64,000 nt of DNA from an archaeon (lineage in GTDB: Archaea > Nanobdellota > Nanobdellia > CSSed11-243R1): positions 2,286-66,285 of the forward strand of contig JAJRVP010000005.1 of assembly GCA_024277205.1 (NCBI GenBank), given 5' to 3'. The notes beneath the pieces are model-generated. The model searched no databases. It was not told where the DNA came from and was given only the letters and a program-made list of their open reading frames with translations. Below are positions 20,869 through 29,692 of this stretch, piece after piece (the stretch's first letter is position 1; each line of letters starts with the position of its first letter). Position numbers and translations under genes: made by a program.

Positions 20869-21767
20869 TCACTTGAATATACATTGTTTTTATCTTCTTT
20901 AAAATCTCCTGCTTTCAAACTCGGATGGCTATAAAATTCCATATAATAATCTGGACCATAATTTGCAATTGGGCGTTGCATAGACATGGAATCAAAGAAT
21001 ATTTTTCTTACAATGTAATCTCCAAAGAATCCTGATTTCTTTGTTGCTGGATCAATCCAAACAATGACTTTTTCCTCATGTGACATAGATGGAAGCACTG
21101 GAAAACCTCCTTGCCCAGATGGTGCGTAATATCTGCAGTTTAACTCATCAACTGATTTGCATTGAAGAACAACTATTTTTTCAACAGCATTTGATGTAAG
21201 CTCATCTGCTGCTTTCTCATTCCACTTATTTATTTTATCTATTTGTTCAGCCCATTTTTCTGCTTTTCCTGTGCCCGCATCAATCAATATCTCTCCATTT
21301 GAGGATAATGGATTAACTCTTGGTATTGTAATTGTATTGTGTGTTGGATTAACACAATACTCTTTTTTGAATCGAACTCTTATGAGGCACCAACACAAAT
21401 CGCTATCATCCAAGCAATTTTTAATTCTTCCTTTTGAAACTTTTGTGGTGCATGGATAATACTCTTCACCAAAACATTCATCTAATAAATCAAGTTTATT
21501 TGCAAAATCGCTTACAAATAATCCTATGGCATATGTATTTGATTTTGTTGGCGCAGACAAACTTATATATGCTGTTGTTTCTGCTCCTTCTGTACAGGTT
21601 TTTGACATAACTGAGGTAAATTTATTAAATGATTTTATATTTTCCATATCTGTTAAAAACTGCAAGAATGGACCTGCAAATCCACTGAAAAGTATAATCA
21701 TTAATCCCACTACTATCATCGAACCTATCATTTCAATTATAAATGGAGATAGCATTCCTCTTTTCAT
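20859..21767 (-). CDS. Minor pilin-like protein (paralogue of 19996-20868)
   Basis: KRG|M followed by a hydrophobic helix; shared motifs with the downstream gene. Confidence 0.65.
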   Translation of the reverse strand: MKRGMLSPFIIEMIGSMIVVGLMIILFSGFAGPFLQFLTDMENIKSFNKFTSVMSKTCTEGAETTAYISLSAPTKSNTYAIGLFVSDFANKLDLLDECFGEEYYPCTTKVSKGRIKNCLDDSDLCWCLIRVRFKKEYCVNPTHNTITIPRVNPLSSNGEILIDAGTGKAEKWAEQIDKINKWNEKAADELTSNAVEKIVVLQCKSVDELNCRYYAPSGQGGFPVLPSMSHEEKVIVWIDPATKKSGFFGDYIVRKIFFDSMSMQRPIANYGPDYYMEFYSHPSLKAGDFKEDKNNVYSSDCP

Positions 21768-21949
21768 GGTCCTGAAATCACCCCTCCAGATGTGTTGTTG
21801 ATTAATTCATGAGTAACATTTCCAATGTTTCTTTCAAAAAGCCCAAATCCTGAAAAATGCCAAATTAAAATAATAATTGAAATTATTAATATGATTATTA
21901 AAAAGATTATAAATGAAAATGGTATGCTTATTCCTTTCATTTTTATCAA
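21764..21949 (-). CDS. Very short pilin-like protein
   Basis: KG|ISIP followed by an Ile-rich helix; overlaps both neighbours. Confidence 0.6.
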   Translation of the reverse strand: MIKMKGISIPFSFIIFLIIILIISIIILIWHFSGFGLFERNIGNVTHELINNTSGGVISGP

Positions 21950-22146
21950 CCAAAAAATCCAGTTACCTCTTCAGTGGCATTTTTGGACACATTCCCACCG
22001 ATGTTAAATATGTCAATTGATGCTTTGCTGCCCTCTCCAATAACTCCAAAAACATAAAGAAGCACTACTGCTAGTATAATTATACCTAATACTAAGACGA
22101 TGATTACATGGATGGGTAATCCCTGTGCTTTTTCTCCAACTCTCAT
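21946..22146 (-). CDS. Short pilin, KAQGLP family
   Basis: KA|QGLP followed by a hydrophobic helix; TATA-like TTATATAT at about 22169-22176. Confidence 0.7.
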   Translation of the reverse strand: MRVGEKAQGLPIHVIIVLVLGIIILAVVLLYVFGVIGEGSKASIDIFNIGGNVSKNATEEVTGFFG

Positions 22147-22225
22147 TAGTATTTTCTAATACTTATGGATATATAACTTTTAAGAAAACAAAAAATTAAA
22201 AGAAAAAATAAAAGCTTGGCTATGT

Positions 22226-22603
22226 TTAAGGTGTTACTGTTGCACCGCTACAATCCAGTTGTTTTTGTATTCCATTTGCAAAAGTTACATAACATTGTAC
22301 TCCATAATCGTAACAATTAATCTCTTGTGTTTGTCCTTTTAATGCTTGTGAAATACAGTATTTACTATTAACTGAACCTAATAAATCGTCTGGGTCTTGA
22401 CCTACTGTGTATTCCATTGTATTTGCTTTTGTTTGTAATTTTGCACAAGCATCTTCACAACTGGTTCTAAATTGTTGTGGTGCTAATGCACTTCCTGCAG
22501 AACTCCCACCCGCTACTACAAATCCTGCTGCTAAGATTAAAATCAAAATAGCCAAAGCTGCTATAACAATAAAATTTATTGGCAATCCTTGTGCTTTCAT
22601 CAT
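22226..22603 (-). CDS. Pilin, KAQGLP family (candidate major pilin)
   Basis: KA|QGLP; strong SD AGGAGGT; own AT-rich promoter-like gap (22604-22698); downstream oligo-T tract (about 22185-22213 on -). Confidence 0.75.
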   Translation of the reverse strand: MMKAQGLPINFIVIAALAILILILAAGFVVAGGSSAGSALAPQQFRTSCEDACAKLQTKANTMEYTVGQDPDDLLGSVNSKYCISQALKGQTQEINCYDYGVQCYVTFANGIQKQLDCSGATVTP

Positions 22604-22658
22604 GCTTACCTCCTTTTGATGTTAATTTTAACTAATTATATATTAAAAAGGTTTTCTA

Positions 22659-22680
22659 AATCAGAACCTACGGTTCTGAT
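22659..22680. repeat. Intergenic inverted repeat ATCAGAACC-TAC-GGTTCTGAT
   Basis: Perfect 9-bp stem between two pilin genes. Confidence 0.7.
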
Positions 22681-22698
22681 ACATCCTCTTGTAGAAGG

Positions 22699-23043
22699 TT
22701 AACATGAAGATGTTGTTCCACTACAAGAAAGAGTACAGGTAACACCATCGCTTGTTGTTATTTCACAAGTTGTTATTTCGTCGCATCTCAAATCTTCACC
22801 AAGTCCTTTTACAGATTGAGTTAAGGAACAAAATGGTGAATCCGAATTTGAATATGGGCTCGTTGCGCCTTTTGCTAAATTTATTTCTAAAAGGCATTTT
22901 GAATCGCAAGCATTTACTGCTGTTTGTGTGTCAACTGCTTCTGTTCGAAATCCTTTAAAGAAAAACATTGTGACAACTACCAAAACTAAAATAACCATAA
23001 TGGTGATTACAATAAAACTCATTGGCATTCCTTGAGATTTCAT
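22699..23043 (-). CDS. Pilin, KSQGMP variant
   Basis: KS|QGMP followed by a hydrophobic helix ending FFFKG; CxxxC and further Cys residues. Confidence 0.72.
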   Translation of the reverse strand: MKSQGMPMSFIVITIMVILVLVVVTMFFFKGFRTEAVDTQTAVNACDSKCLLEINLAKGATSPYSNSDSPFCSLTQSVKGLGEDLRCDEITTCEITTSDGVTCTLSCSGTTSSC

Positions 23044-23045
23044 GA

Positions 23046-23327
23046 TCAACAACACGCAGTTCCATCAGGTTTATCACAATCAAGGTAATTACAGCAATTT
23101 ACACCTGCTTTGTTAGATGTAGATTTATACGTACTGCAACTGATTCCTCCTTGATTTAGCTTTAAACATTCTGCTTGACACTTTCCATATATCGTTTGTT
23201 CAGTTACTCCCTCTTTCCCACTACCAAGTCCTTTAAAGAAAAATAATAATACTCCAACAAGTACAACTATCACCAATATTATCAAAACAATTGTTGTCAT
23301 TGGGAGTCCTTGTGCTTTACTCATCAT
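23046..23327 (-). CDS. Pilin, KAQGLP family (start corrected to MMSKAQ)
   Basis: GGAGGT SD before the ATG at 23327; KA|QGLPMTTIV; EQTIYGKCQAEC. Confidence 0.75.
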   Translation of the reverse strand: MMSKAQGLPMTTIVLIILVIVVLVGVLLFFFKGLGSGKEGVTEQTIYGKCQAECLKLNQGGISCSTYKSTSNKAGVNCCNYLDCDKPDGTACC

Positions 23328-23370
23328 CTTACCTCCAAATTTTTTAGTTAATTGATTATTAAAAACATTT

Positions 23371-23694
23371 CTAAGTGCAGGATGCACTCCCACCACTACA
23401 TGTAATTAAACATGCTGGGGAAACGCTTTCTACTTTGCAAGACAAATAACTATCACAATTAGAATCACAAAAGCCAACATTATTTGCTGCATTGCTTGCT
23501 GCTGTAGTTGTTGTTGGCTCTTGCGATGTTATTTTTGCACATAATGCTTGACACTTAGCAAATATGTTTTGTTCTCCAACTCCTGTTTTTCCTTGCCCAA
23601 AACTGCTAAAGAAAAAAATCAAAACTGCTGCAAGAGTTACAATTACCAAAATGATTAATACAATTGTTTGCATTGGAAGACCTTGGGATTTCAT
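23371..23694 (-). CDS. Pilin, KSQGLP variant
   Basis: KS|QGLPMQTIV; EQNIFAKCQALC; TAATG overlap with the upstream gene. Confidence 0.75.
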   Translation of the reverse strand: MKSQGLPMQTIVLIILVIVTLAAVLIFFFSSFGQGKTGVGEQNIFAKCQALCAKITSQEPTTTTAASNAANNVGFCDSNCDSYLSCKVESVSPACLITCSGGSASCT

Positions 23695-23996
23695 TAGCAA
23701 CTACTCCTACAAACATTATCTTCACACAAAGTTGTAGCTCCAGTACAGCTAGCACAAGTTGGGGTACATTCACCTGTTTTTGAACAACAATATGGTTTAT
23801 CACTTGGACAACCACCAAAAGCTGCTGAGCCACAGCGTGCTTCTCCTGTTTTATTAAAGCTGATATCCAAAAAAGTTTTTGTAGATTCTTTTCCACCACT
23901 GAATCCACCAAAGAAAAATATTGCTATAACTGCTAGTGCAACTATTGCAATGATTATTATTACAATTGTTGTCATGGGTAGTCCTTGTGCTTTCAT
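23694..23996 (-). CDS. Pilin, KAQGLP family with a Cys-rich C-terminus
   Basis: KA|QGLPMTTIV; CPSDKPYCC...C module; start corrected to MKAQ at 23996. Confidence 0.75.
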   Translation of the reverse strand: MKAQGLPMTTIVIIIIAIVALAVIAIFFFGGFSGGKESTKTFLDISFNKTGEARCGSAAFGGCPSDKPYCCSKTGECTPTCASCTGATTLCEDNVCRSSC

Positions 23997-24009
23997 ATTT
24001 ATCACATCC

Positions 24010-24165
24010 TTATGCCACGCTCTCTGCAGAGCCAAAAAGTTGCCCTATCAAGCTTTTGACTTCTGCCCCATATTTCATTCCTAAAATAATAACTATAACT
24101 GCGATTACTACCATCAAGATTAAAATAATAATTTGGCGTGTTGAAAACTCTATTGAGGCTTTCAT
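24010..24165 (-). CDS. 51-aa pilin-like protein missing from the ORF track
   Basis: MKASIEFSTRQIIILILMVVIAVIVIILGMKYGAEVKSLIGQLFGSAESVA; GGTGGAGG SD; ATGA overlap with the upstream stop at 24162. Confidence 0.7.
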   Translation of the reverse strand: MKASIEFSTRQIIILILMVVIAVIVIILGMKYGAEVKSLIGQLFGSAESVA

Positions 24166-24377
24166 TGTAATCCTCCACCACCACGAATTATGTTTAATTT
24201 ATCCACAATAGTTGTTGTTTGGGATTCGCTTTGTTTTCCAAAATAAATAAGTAAAAATAATACAACTGCCATGCCAACAACTAAAAGAATTATACTTATT
24301 ATTGTTGCAGAGATTCCTTTTTTTGAAATTCTTTTCATAATTTTTTTATAAATTTTTTTAAACATGTTTATCCCCAT
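24162..24377 (-). CDS. Short pilin-like protein
   Basis: KKG|IS followed by a hydrophobic helix. Confidence 0.65.
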   Translation of the reverse strand: MGINMFKKIYKKIMKRISKKGISATIISIILLVVGMAVVLFLLIYFGKQSESQTTTIVDKLNIIRGGGGLQ

Positions 24378-24532
24378 TTGAATACTTTACTAAAATTGGT
24401 TATTTTATTAAAAGCTTCGCTCCCACTAAGTTTTTGTCCAAAAAACAAAACTAAAACAACAATTATTGCAAGTATGGCTATGAAAATTATTAAAACAACC
24501 ATATTGCTTGGGGCTTCAAGTGCTTTTTTCAT
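24368..24532 (-). CDS. Short pilin-like protein
   Basis: MKKA|LEAP followed by a hydrophobic helix. Confidence 0.65.
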   Translation of the reverse strand: MKKALEAPSNMVVLIIFIAILAIIVVLVLFFGQKLSGSEAFNKITNFSKVFKWG

Positions 24533-24533
24533 T

Positions 24534-25514
24534 TTAACATCCAATATCATTATCTGCTGCTAATACGCAACCATCACCTGTTTTTTCGCAAGTTACATCT
24601 TCATCAAAACACCAGTATACGCTATCCCATGGTGGGGTTTCTCCTGTCCAACAATCTGCATCTCTTATGTTCTCCCCATATGGCATTTTATCCAGATATT
24701 TTATGAACAATCTCCCTTTTTGTATATATTTACCAGAATAGTAAGTGTCATCAACTTTCTCTCCCCCACCAATTAGTGCACCGCTAACATAGAAAATATA
24801 ATCGTTTGTCCTTGTTATTGTAAGCCGCATTCCTCCGTCTGTGCTCTTAATCTTGTCCCAATATGTTATCCCACAACCATCAGGATCACCAGGGTCACAT
24901 TTTTTATTGCTTGGGTATTCATGCGTTTTTAGATAATAAACAATTTCTTCGATAGTGACTCCTCTTTCAAGGTTGAAGTTTATTACAAAACAAGTTCTTG
25001 GGTTTGGTGGTGTTTTTCCTGTTAATGGATCAAACTTTCCTTTTGAAAACATACCCCAACAATCAACACTTCTTTCAGCAACTTCTCTCATAAAAACTTC
25101 TGGGGAAGTCAAACTATCACCACAATCCTTCTCAAAATCCCCTATTTTTATTGTTGGGTTTGGACAATGCATTAAGGGTAATCCAGAAAAAACAACCAAG
25201 ATTGTATACAACAAAAAAGCTATGAATGCAGCATAAATTGATAAACAATATATGTTTCCTGGGAATGCTTTACAAAAGGATCCATAAATTACAATTAACA
25301 ATGCCATTACACCAATCATTGCCCAAAAGAACAACCAAATTAAATTAACTAAGATACCCCTCACATAAGATGTCCATGTTATCAATGTTGTACAAATTAT
25401 TGTTTGAAGATTTGAAATTAATCCTGCTTTCATGATTAACATTATCCCTATTGCTAGTGAAATAATTGCCAAGATTAACATTACAACTGTTTGCAGAGCA
25501 ATTCCTTTTTTCAT
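24534..25514 (-). CDS. Multi-TM pilin-like protein (paralogue of 25511-26410)
   Basis: KKG|IALQ, two extra TM helices, AERSVDCWGM...PLTGKTPPNPRTCF. Confidence 0.65.
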   Translation of the reverse strand: MKKGIALQTVVMLILAIISLAIGIMLIMKAGLISNLQTIICTTLITWTSYVRGILVNLIWLFFWAMIGVMALLIVIYGSFCKAFPGNIYCLSIYAAFIAFLLYTILVVFSGLPLMHCPNPTIKIGDFEKDCGDSLTSPEVFMREVAERSVDCWGMFSKGKFDPLTGKTPPNPRTCFVINFNLERGVTIEEIVYYLKTHEYPSNKKCDPGDPDGCGITYWDKIKSTDGGMRLTITRTNDYIFYVSGALIGGGEKVDDTYYSGKYIQKGRLFIKYLDKMPYGENIRDADCWTGETPPWDSVYWCFDEDVTCEKTGDGCVLAADNDIGC

Positions 25515-26410
25515 ATTTCCTCCACACACCATACTATTGCATCATGAGGTGGGTCGAACTGTCCAAATGGCCCTACTGAGATTCCACCACATGGTGCACT
25601 TGATAGCGAGCCAGTCCAATCAAAGTCATGCCTATCTAAAAACATGACATAGACTCTCGAATCTTTTACTTTGCAATCTGCCCAATCATCTGGGTTGTTC
25701 CCTTTAAAAGTGGAACCACAATATAAATACAATTTTAAATCGGGTTCCTTACCTAATGGCCATGACGCATTAAAAAGCCTGTACGTTTCATCAAATACGT
25801 GCTTCATGTTATCCTCTGTTTTAATGTAGGTTTCAAGAGTAAAACAAATCCTTGGGTTTGGAGGGTCTATACCAAAAAGTGGATTTAATTCTCCTGCGCC
25901 AAGCATATTATAACAATCAATTGTTCTTGATGCAATTGTTTCAATAAATTTGTCAGAATCTACTGGCTTGCTTCTAAAACCAACATCGATTGTTAAAGAG
26001 GGGCACATAAGGGGAATTTTTGGGAACATAGTTAAAATGACAAATAGCATAATTGTACTACCAATTCCTAAATATGAAAATGCCCTAGTCAATGTTCCTT
26101 TTGCAACATCTTTTAAAATTATTTTTGGAACTTTTGTGATGCCTCTAATTCCTGTTTGAAATAATGCTCCAGCACCACCGATAAGTACAGTAAAAATAGT
26201 TATCATTGTCAAAGCAATGCTCAAAAGTGACCAAATTGTTTTAATAAAATAATCCCGAGTATATGCTGAAAAGGTGCAAAACATTACTGCTGTTTGTTCT
26301 TTAAATGCTGCAAGCAGTCCTGTCTGCATTAAAACAAAGATGATTAACACTAAAAAAACAATTCCAACTATGAATTTTACTGCAGTTTCGAGTGCAACTC
26401 CTTTTTTCAT
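25511..26410 (-). CDS. Multi-TM pilin-like protein (paralogue of 24534-25514)
   Basis: KKG|VALE, extra TM helices, ASRTIDCYNM...PLFGIDPPNPRICF; GGTGG SD before the ATG at 26410. Confidence 0.65.
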   Translation of the reverse strand: MKKGVALETAVKFIVGIVFLVLIIFVLMQTGLLAAFKEQTAVMFCTFSAYTRDYFIKTIWSLLSIALTMITIFTVLIGGAGALFQTGIRGITKVPKIILKDVAKGTLTRAFSYLGIGSTIMLFVILTMFPKIPLMCPSLTIDVGFRSKPVDSDKFIETIASRTIDCYNMLGAGELNPLFGIDPPNPRICFTLETYIKTEDNMKHVFDETYRLFNASWPLGKEPDLKLYLYCGSTFKGNNPDDWADCKVKDSRVYVMFLDRHDFDWTGSLSSAPCGGISVGPFGQFDPPHDAIVWCVEEI

Positions 26411-26455
26411 CAGAACCACCTGCGGGTTCCGATACCTCCCGCATCCTTTTTTCAT

Positions 26456-26653
26456 TTATTCACCTGTGAGTACTTCAAAAATTCCAGAGCCGAAATTATA
26501 AAGGGTTTCACCAGATTTTTCAGCTGTTAATCTTGGAATAACAATTATTATAATAATTGCAACTAGCAACAAAAATAAAATAATTTTGATAATATTCCCT
26601 GTTGAAAAGTGCATGCCTTGTTCTTCAAGTCCTTTTTTATTTAGTTTAACCAT
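26456..26653 (-). CDS. Short pilin-like protein
   Basis: KKG|LE...FSTGNII followed by a hydrophobic helix; FST..II is shared with the 24010 protein. Confidence 0.6.
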   Translation of the reverse strand: MVKLNKKGLEEQGMHFSTGNIIKIILFLLLVAIIIIIVIPRLTAEKSGETLYNFGSGIFEVLTGE

Positions 26654-28331
26654 TCCAACACCAATCTCCTGTTGGTATTCCTAAGAAATTATCAGTATAA
26701 TTGTTTTCAGTATATTCTGTTGTTTGTAAAAGGGCCTTAGCAGCAATATAATTATCTCCTTTACAATCTAGATTTGTAATTTGACTATTTTCGATATTAC
26801 ATGGAAGGGTTACTTGAGTAAACCAACATTTTCCTTCAAATGAACCTTCAACTTGGTGAGCAATGAGTCTTGGACGTGATGTGAAGGTTATGCTCTTCAG
26901 TATTGGTGTCTGACTTGTATCTGTTGTTTTTAACATTGCTTTAAAAAATATATTTCTACCTTCAATTAAATCAATTGTTCCTGTATTATCTTTATCGCCA
27001 AATGGAGAATCTTGCCACTCAGTATTGCTCCACCCAGCTATTGTATCTGTTTCATACTGAATGCTAATATCAGTAATTCCAGGGGAAACCTCTTCTTCCC
27101 ATTCTACTTTTGTCCAATTAACATCCCTTGGAAGATTTCCAATTGCTTGAGATTCATATTCACCCGTAAAATAAGATTGGATAACTACATCACCAGCACA
27201 TTCCCACTCTCCCACATCATTAACTAGCCAATTCCCACAAGAAGTACCATCTCCATCTGAATCACAAGTAATCTTATTCCCATCCTCATCATAACACCCA
27301 TTATCATCACAATGATCAATAACATCTTCAAAACCAGGTGGCACCTCTGAAATAGCACATTTTGTTCCTACACAAAATCCAGATAAACAACAATCAGATA
27401 TAGTACAAGATCCCCCATTCTGTTCTTTTGGTTTAAAAAAGTAACATACTTGGTCTGCACCAGGTGTCAATGCATTACCATCTTTATCATAACAATATCC
27501 TGTATAACTACCACTAAGACAATATCCATTTGGTGGATTAGGATTATTGCACTGTCCAAATTCATAGCCACTATTTGTAGCTTGTATATTGCAACAATTC
27601 TCATCACATGTTGAACATTCTCCACAATTAAACCAACCAATGTTTATTATTCGTTGAATGTCTGATGTTTGCATTAAACAAGTACAAAATGGGACCCAAC
27701 AACCACTACTTTCTCCAAAACATTGTTTTTCACAACAATCTCCTCTACAAACAAATCCCCCACATTCAGGTAGAGCAACACAGGAGTATGTGGTTCCATC
27801 TGATGTAGAACAATATTCATTACCACCACAACCACAATCTTCCCAGCAACCCATACAGTTTTCTCCATTTGCCTCTTCGCAGATACCATCTCTATCACAA
27901 ACATATCCACATAACAAATCATCTACTTCATCACAATCATTTCTATTTGCACAACAAACTTTTCCTTCTGTGCAAATACAATCATTTGGGGAGTTACCAC
28001 AATTTTCGCCTCTATTCATGTCACAACTACCATCACCTCTGCAGAAATAGCTATCACTACTTTGAGTACATGTTGAACCAGATGGACATCCACAATCTGC
28101 AGAACAGGTGTTACAATTTTCAAATATATCGCATAAACCATTTCCGCAGCAATCGCCACAATCATCTGGACATAACAAGCAACTCTCAGAATCGCCACAT
28201 ACGTCATCTCCACAAGTAGAATCATCATCGCTAGCGATGGGATTAGCAATGCTAATTGTTAGAAAAATTACTACAAAAAACAATATTCCAAAAATTATCT
28301 TTCTTTGATTCATCATTATCATCCTTGACAA
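26646..28331 (-). CDS. Secreted Cys-rich repeat protein
   Basis: Sec-like signal; four CG[DN]GxC...ENCxxCxxDC-like repeats; C-terminal beta-rich domain (GEYES...W...TPILKSIT). Confidence 0.7.
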   Translation of the reverse strand: MSRMIMMNQRKIIFGILFFVVIFLTISIANPIASDDDSTCGDDVCGDSESCLLCPDDCGDCCGNGLCDIFENCNTCSADCGCPSGSTCTQSSDSYFCRGDGSCDMNRGENCGNSPNDCICTEGKVCCANRNDCDEVDDLLCGYVCDRDGICEEANGENCMGCWEDCGCGGNEYCSTSDGTTYSCVALPECGGFVCRGDCCEKQCFGESSGCWVPFCTCLMQTSDIQRIINIGWFNCGECSTCDENCCNIQATNSGYEFGQCNNPNPPNGYCLSGSYTGYCYDKDGNALTPGADQVCYFFKPKEQNGGSCTISDCCLSGFCVGTKCAISEVPPGFEDVIDHCDDNGCYDEDGNKITCDSDGDGTSCGNWLVNDVGEWECAGDVVIQSYFTGEYESQAIGNLPRDVNWTKVEWEEEVSPGITDISIQYETDTIAGWSNTEWQDSPFGDKDNTGTIDLIEGRNIFFKAMLKTTDTSQTPILKSITFTSRPRLIAHQVEGSFEGKCWFTQVTLPCNIENSQITNLDCKGDNYIAAKALLQTTEYTENNYTDNFLGIPTGDWCWNG

Positions 28332-29692
28332 ATAGTTTCTTCCAAAGTTAAATAGGGGGGTATTCTATCTGTTGTTAAGTTAGTTGAGGACCCACTTGTG
28401 AAATCAGTTACAACGTAAGTTGGATAATACTGAACAGTATCATCATTCTCGATATTAGCATCTGGGTTTCCAAAATAGGCGTAATATTCAACTTTTGCAC
28501 CATCAGAAAGGCTGTCAACAACAAATTCAACAACAGCATAAGTACAATAACCATCTTCATCTGTTTCATAAGATAAAACATTTCTTTCAAGAGGAATATT
28601 ATCTGAGGTTGTAATAACAATCTCTTTTTCACAATCTGTTATGTTTACATCATATCCAAGATAATCATCACTTAAATTTAATTCAACAAGGGCTGTTTCA
28701 CTTGTAATATCTGTCCCAACATCGTTTTCTAATTCAATTGTAACTCTATACTTCCACTCTTCGCTATACCACCCACTTGGCTGTTTGGATCTATCAGATT
28801 CTATTGTAAAAAGGCAATCGTCTCCACCGCTATCTTTCATCATAACTTCTCTTCCTTCTTTGTTTGTCATTGATAATGAAACTGTTGCAGTTGGACATAA
28901 TTCTAAAACATCATCACCTGTAATTGAAACTGTGGTTGTTGTTAATGGAATACTTCCATCAAAATCAACACTCAAAATACTGATATTCACTTCCTTCTCA
29001 GGGGGAGATACGCAAAAATCATAACTCTCTTTGAATGAACTTGGTTTATCTTCTCCTTTAAAATATGTTTTTGAATTTGGGTCTTTATCTGCTGTTAAAT
29101 TGATCTCAATTTCTCCGTGACAGGGGGTTTGTTGTGGTTTTGTAATAATAAATCTACCTGTGTTTCCATAACTAAACATATAATCTGTGGTATTTTGAAC
29201 TATTATACTCTCAAAAATAACTCCATCCCTCTCTCTTTTTTCAGTCATATAAAGAAGTATTTGAGAGGGGACATTTCCCTCATATCTAAAATCCACAATC
29301 CATTTTGAATAATTGAGGTCTTCCATATATTCAGATTCACAGCTTTGTTTACAGGATTCACAATTAGATTGTATGTCTGCTGAACAATAATCACAATTTT
29401 CATTTTTAGGATGTGCGTCACAACTGTGAATCTCTTCACATTTTTCTTTGCAACTTGATTGATTAATTGTTTCTTGAGTAACATCAAGAATAATGATCTT
29501 TCCAGGGGTTGAATAATGTGGTTTTCCAATCAAACTTGAAACTGTGAAGTTCACACCCAAATCTTCTGCAAAAGATTTATACGATAAAAAAATTCCAAGG
29601 AATAACATTGCAACTGCAATTCCACTTATAATTAATACTAGCATTACTCCTGTTATTGCTTTCTTGTTCATTTCTTTTTTAAACTTCCTCAT
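28319..29692 (-). CDS. Pilin-like protein with a C-terminal DUF2341-like domain
   Basis: KKA|I followed by a hydrophobic helix; GWYSEEWKYRVTIEL...YYAYFGNPDA pattern. Confidence 0.65.
   Translation of the reverse strand: MRKFKKEMNKKAITGVMLVLIISGIAVAMLFLGIFLSYKSFAEDLGVNFTVSSLIGKPHYSTPGKIIILDVTQETINQSSCKEKCEEIHSCDAHPKNENCDYCSADIQSNCESCKQSCESEYMEDLNYSKWIVDFRYEGNVPSQILLYMTEKRERDGVIFESIIVQNTTDYMFSYGNTGRFIITKPQQTPCHGEIEINLTADKDPNSKTYFKGEDKPSSFKESYDFCVSPPEKEVNISILSVDFDGSIPLTTTTVSITGDDVLELCPTATVSLSMTNKEGREVMMKDSGGDDCLFTIESDRSKQPSGWYSEEWKYRVTIELENDVGTDITSETALVELNLSDDYLGYDVNITDCEKEIVITTSDNIPLERNVLSYETDEDGYCTYAVVEFVVDSLSDGAKVEYYAYFGNPDANIENDDTVQYYPTYVVTDFTSGSSTNLTTDRIPPYLTLEETICQG

Noticed and set aside
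21946-23996. CRISPR array or diversity-generating retroelement explaining the repeated pilin 5' ends
   Set aside because: Repeats are degenerate and protein-coding; no cas or reverse transcriptase gene and no template/variable repeat pair seen.
24002-24184. 60-aa ORF MVVEDYN...
   Set aside because: Off-frame shadow of the pilin-like ORF at 24010-24165.
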